Positions 59,649 to 64,000 of a stretch of DNA of 64,000 nt are shown one piece after another; position 1 is the first letter of the stretch, and each line of letters opens with the position of its first letter. The position numbers and the translations under genes were made by a program. Source of the stretch: Podarcis vaucheri (Eukaryota); assembly GCA_965113315.1 (NCBI GenBank), contig OZ220364.1; one strand, 5' to 3'. The notes beneath the pieces are model-generated. The model was not told where the DNA came from. It was given only the letters and a program-made list of their open reading frames with translations, and ran no database searches.

Positions 59649-59818
59649 AATAATAATAGAACCATTCTTTCAAAGTGCCCAAAGCACTTCATATGAAATA
59701 TCTAGTTGTCCACCTTACAGAACAACCTTGTAAGATAAGTCTGAATTATTATCCCTTAATATTGCAGAAATGAGGACCATGAGACAGTGCCTAGATGGGT
59801 GGGGTATAACTAAATAAA

Positions 59819-59849
<31 letters not shown>

Positions 59850-62609
59850 TAATAATTATCATCATCATCATCATGACAGAGGTAAGTTCTGAACCAGGGA
59901 CTTCCTGATCTACAGCTTAATTTATTACCTGCTACACTATACCAGCTCTTGTGTGGTTCCTAGGCAATATCTTGTTGAGGTGATTTATGAAGCCAGACTT
60001 CTTTATCTTCAACAGTAGACCTACCTCATGGCTTTTCAGACCAGATCTTGGACCTCAGAATGTTAAAGGTCTACCTCTGCTCTTGCATCCAAGAGGCAAG
60101 GAGTTCAAGTAACTCAATTACCTCCTGCTGTTGACCTCAGTTGCAAGTTGAGTCTGAAGCAGGAAATAAATAATCAGTGCTGGATAAAGCAGAATTAGCC
60201 AAACTCATCAGCGAAATATTGATCATAGGGGAAATTTAGGTCAGGCAATGGTGGGACTCATGGGAGGCATTTCAGTGGCTACTAAACCGCTTCAGTTGTG
60301 ATAAATCAACAGTACAGGCACACACTGTCATTCAAAAAACTGGGGTGGGGAAGGAAAGAGCTGGAGTTGTACTAGAAATTACAGGGGGGGAAACATTTCC
60401 CTCTCTTCCTCTGTTCTGTCACCCTTGAGCTAAAAGAGCATTCTTTCCATTCTTTAAGGTGTAACTGCTGTGCAGCTGCTCAGCTATAACTAATGGCACA
60501 ATGTAATGATTTCAGACGGGCAGACCTTGGCATGTTGTATTTGCTTTTGCACAGAGCTAGTCGTCTTTCATGAGCTGGTTTCACAGCAGATATTGGGATA
60601 AACAGCTTCATGTCTGAGCTGGTATGAAGTGAGTAAGACAGCAAGGTATTTCAGTCCCCAGGGGGCACTCTTCTCTCAGGTTCCACTGAGTTCAGTCCAG
60701 CTTTCCCCCAGGTAAGCATGGGCAGAATTGTAGCCAATGTGAGAAGAATCCAGAGGACTTTACCAACAATAGCATGGGTGGAGATAAGGCTGAGGTGACC
60801 CTGAGATGGGATGGTAGCACAGAGACTTGCTGGGGATGTCGGTTAGATTTGGGGTGGGGAAGTCAGGGACCTGGCATTCCTTGTTCTTTGAAACTGCATC
60901 CAAATCTCCTTCGGTTCTCATTCGCTTAGTGAGGGGAAATTTGTGAAAAACAATAGCTTTCAAAGGGAGTGCTGGAACTATGATGATACAGAAGCAAAAA
61001 TACTAATTCTAATAATACTAACAATAAAGTTTCTGCATTCAAATAATGTAATCACTAACCTTTTTCCTACCAAGGCCTTAGCAAAGCATGGAAGATGGCT
61101 TTCTCCATTTACTGGAGGAATGGTGACTTATCCTAAAGTTTGTAAATGCACCTGTGAGAGAGACCCTAGAAACCAGACTCAATCACTCTGGAGAGCTCTG
61201 GAGTTTGCTTTGACTGCCTTCACATAATGATTAACAGTGGGAAGCTTTGCAACTGCATTCCCTTACTGAAATAATGCCAGACTTTGCCCTGCATATGAGG
61301 GCCTCTGCTTTTCGGATTCAACTGGTGGAGTACATGAGGCTGTTTCCAAAGGAAGCAGAACATCTGGGTTCACGTATCTACAATGTCAAACCCATGAAAT
61401 AGGGGTAGCATCGTTCTTCGTGTTAGTGGCTGGGCCTTCAAAGAATTATGAGATCAAACCTATGTAAGGGCTATAGAAATAAATTTAAAACAGGAACTAA
61501 ACATCCTGGCATATATTCTCAGCCCTTGGCAAATGGAGCATAATCTAATTGGTTGACGCAAGGTGGACAAGTCCTTGATTTGTTTGATTCCTGGCTCAGC
61601 TTCTGTATCTTATCTGAATTAGATTTTTCAAACTGATGCAACTATACAGTTTCCCTGCTCTCTTATCAATGGTGTTATCCCGTGAAACGGACTGGCAGTA
61701 GATCCAAGCTCCAAATTCTAGTTTGTTAAGAAGGGGGGGGGGAATGGGATGGGTGTCGAGGAATATGACGAGAGGCAATGAGGAAGGACTACTGTCGTCA
61801 TGCCCTGCTAATGAGCTTTCCACAAAGGATGCTGTATTAGATGGAATCTTGTTCTCCGTTAGGGAAATTTTTTTGCATGTATCAGGTGTGGGGAACCTTT
61901 GGACCGCCAGATTTTGCTGAACTGCAACTCCCACCATCTCTGGCCAGTGACCATGCTTGCTAAGGCTGATGGGAATTGTAGTTCAGCAATGTCTAAAAGG
62001 CCAATCATTCTGCACTCCTGGCATCTCTATCTCTATCTCTGAATTCTTCTCCACTCCAGCAGTCTATCTGAGCAGGTAATTTATTATTCACGCAAGAGCT
62101 CACAATCCACCCATTTGAAAATTCATTGAAACTAACCTGGCCTCTTTGTTAACGATTTTATTTAAAGTGTTGGAAGTCTCTGTTAGAAACCACACATTAT
62201 CTCATTATTTCCTGGGATCAAACTGATGCTTTATCCAGGCAAGATGGAGGTTCTGCTGCTTGAAAAAATGGTTAACCCAAGAATAGCAGATTTGCAGTTT
62301 GGAAGTGCTTTTAAGATTTGGCTTTGCTTCTACATAAATAAGTAGAATGCTTGTGCACACTTTATTCTAGGGCACCAGCTTGCTTTAGTTCTGCATGCTT
62401 TTGTTACATCCAGGTTAGGCTACTGTAATATGGTCAATGTGAAGCTGCCTATGAAAACCGTTCAGAAATTTCCAGCGGTGTAGAAGTCTGTTTTTGTGAT
62501 TGCATCAGGATTGTACCAACAGGAATTGTCTCTCAGTTGGCATCTGGGCTGAATTCAAAGCGCTAAATCTCAAATGATTTGGGACCTCAGAACTGAAGGG
62601 CAATTGAGG

Positions 62610-63002
62610 TTCTACAGAGGAAGTGAAAGGTGAGATACTGTAATGAGTAAAATGTAAAATCCTTGGCCTAAGACAAAGGTGGGGAACATGCTAAGATAAC
62701 TTAATTGGAAAAACTTGCAAATATCAGACAGGCTTAGGATTTAATTATGTGATGTTAGAGAATAATATGTTTAAAGTCAAAATGAAAACAAAGTAAGATG
62801 TTAAGTGATTAAGTTAATTTTATGAGAAAATTGGTTTTGGAAAACTGTTACAATGATATACTTTGAAATTCAGCCAGGGGGATTTGAGGAAGTCACTTAA
62901 CAATGTTACTAAAATTGGATCAAGTACAGTTAAGATGTTTGTGATGTTTGTTTGTCTGTTCAAAATTTTTGGAAAACCAATAAAAAATTTTTAGAAAAAA
63001 AA
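62610..63002 (+). mobile_element. L1-like 3' UTR with poly(A) signal and A-tail
   Basis: AT-rich tract ending gaaaaccaataaaaaatttttagaaaaaaaa; 5' boundary approximate. Confidence 0.45.
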
Positions 63003-63643
63003 GTATATCAGAAGACTGCTACATATGCTACATTAAATGTTTCTGTATAGGAAAGTATGGCACATTATTGCTTATACTGATTGCATATATTTCTAGGTAC
63101 TGGTGGAGAAATTGGCACCAAAGGCATTAATTTAGTGTGCATGCAGCAAAATGCCCATGATGGTACATGCAGATGGCATTTTATTTCCTATGTAAAAAAA
63201 GTGTAAAATTGTAAGTCATTTAAAATTTGGGGTTACCTCCATCCACCACATCCATCATCATCAGTGCCAGGGCTCAGCCCTGGAACAAGTGAGGGAGAGG
63301 CAATATTGATCAGTGCCTCTGAGCCTGGGTAGAGTAGTCAAATGGCCACTACTTAACCCCACACACCTGGAACTAGGAAGAAGCACATCTAAGCACATCT
63401 GTCTAACTCTGCTGGGGACCCTGATAGACCACAACTAACTAGATGGTTTAGGGATGCACTGATGCATCCAGTGCTGCTGAAATGTCCTTATAAGCAACTG
63501 CTCAGCTTATTAGAAAATGTGTGATATTCTTTTGTTGTAGCATAGTGGAAGAAATTGCTATCAGAGGGTATAGTGAAAGAGTTTTGAACATGTGCATGTA
63601 ACATTTTCAGGTCTGATTTACCTGCTTGAGTGTATGTGTAGAT

Positions 63644-63849
63644 CAAAGCTTTCCAAACTGTGTGTCACGACACGTCTCTGTGTTGGCTGCAGTGTGTAGG
63701 TGTGTTGCGCAAATGCTCCCCTCACACCTCCCTGGTCTGGAAAGGGGTTAGTTCAACCTCTGGTTTGCTATTAAAACTGAATTACTGTGTCCCAAAATGA
63801 TGCATGTCTAAAAAGTGTGTCACCAACATGTTAAGTTTGGAAAGCTCTG
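63644..63849. mobile_element. hAT MITE
   Basis: TIRs CAAAGCTTTCCAAACT / AGTTTGGAAAGCTCTG; TSD GTGTAGAT / CTGTAGAT (7/8). Confidence 0.85.
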
Positions 63850-64000
63850 CTGTAGATAGATCTTAGCTTGTGTATTCATTATCTTGCTCCACATCACACA
63901 TCTAAATAAAGGCACACCTCCTCCACTCCTTCTTCCTCTCCACCATCTTGCCTGAAGCTCAGTGGGGCTTAGCAACCCACCCTGATTATCGCAGGATAAC

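Noticed and set aside
49788-60672. CTCF-like motifs at about 49790, 56591 and 60655
   Set aside because: Each has core mismatches and cannot be supported without PWM scoring or ChIP data.
46600-64000. Neighbouring protein-coding gene downstream
   Set aside because: No recognisable peptide. Isolated splice-like sites (47691, 48381, 50524, 60712) do not assemble into a gene, and ORF 47425-47643 has only a hydrophobic stretch. Small or non-coding exons cannot be excluded.

Overview
Vertebrate genomic DNA, most likely a squamate and probably a lacertid lizard (inferred from the Sauria/Squam-type SINEs and MITE families). The + strand carries an almost complete NOTCH3 gene: 33 coding exons between 1849 and 44428, all with GT-AG introns and compatible phases, totalling 7103 nt (about 2366 aa). 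The signal-peptide exon 1 appears to lie upstream of the window, so exon numbers assume one missing exon. The protein has 35 six-cysteine EGF repeats, 3 LNRs, HD with a furin site, TM, RAM, ankyrin repeats and PEST. The 3' UTR runs to about 45.9 kb. The last 18 kb has no recognisable coding exons and is mostly TE fragments, MITEs and microsatellites. Highlights: (1) an extra 114-nt EGF exon, missed by the ORF track, matching the NOTCH1 EGF21 that mammalian NOTCH3 lacks; (2) a 9-aa tandem duplication next to the S1 furin site; (3) three miR-1/206 sites, one extensively paired, all distal to proximal poly(A) signals; (4) an intron-2 motif cluster with tandem RBPJ sites and a dense motif cluster downstream of the gene; (5) a tRNA-Lys/CR1 SINE. 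I found no wholly new biological system; the findings are lineage-specific variations on a known gene. Comparisons with human proteins and miRNAs are from memory and need confirming by alignment.
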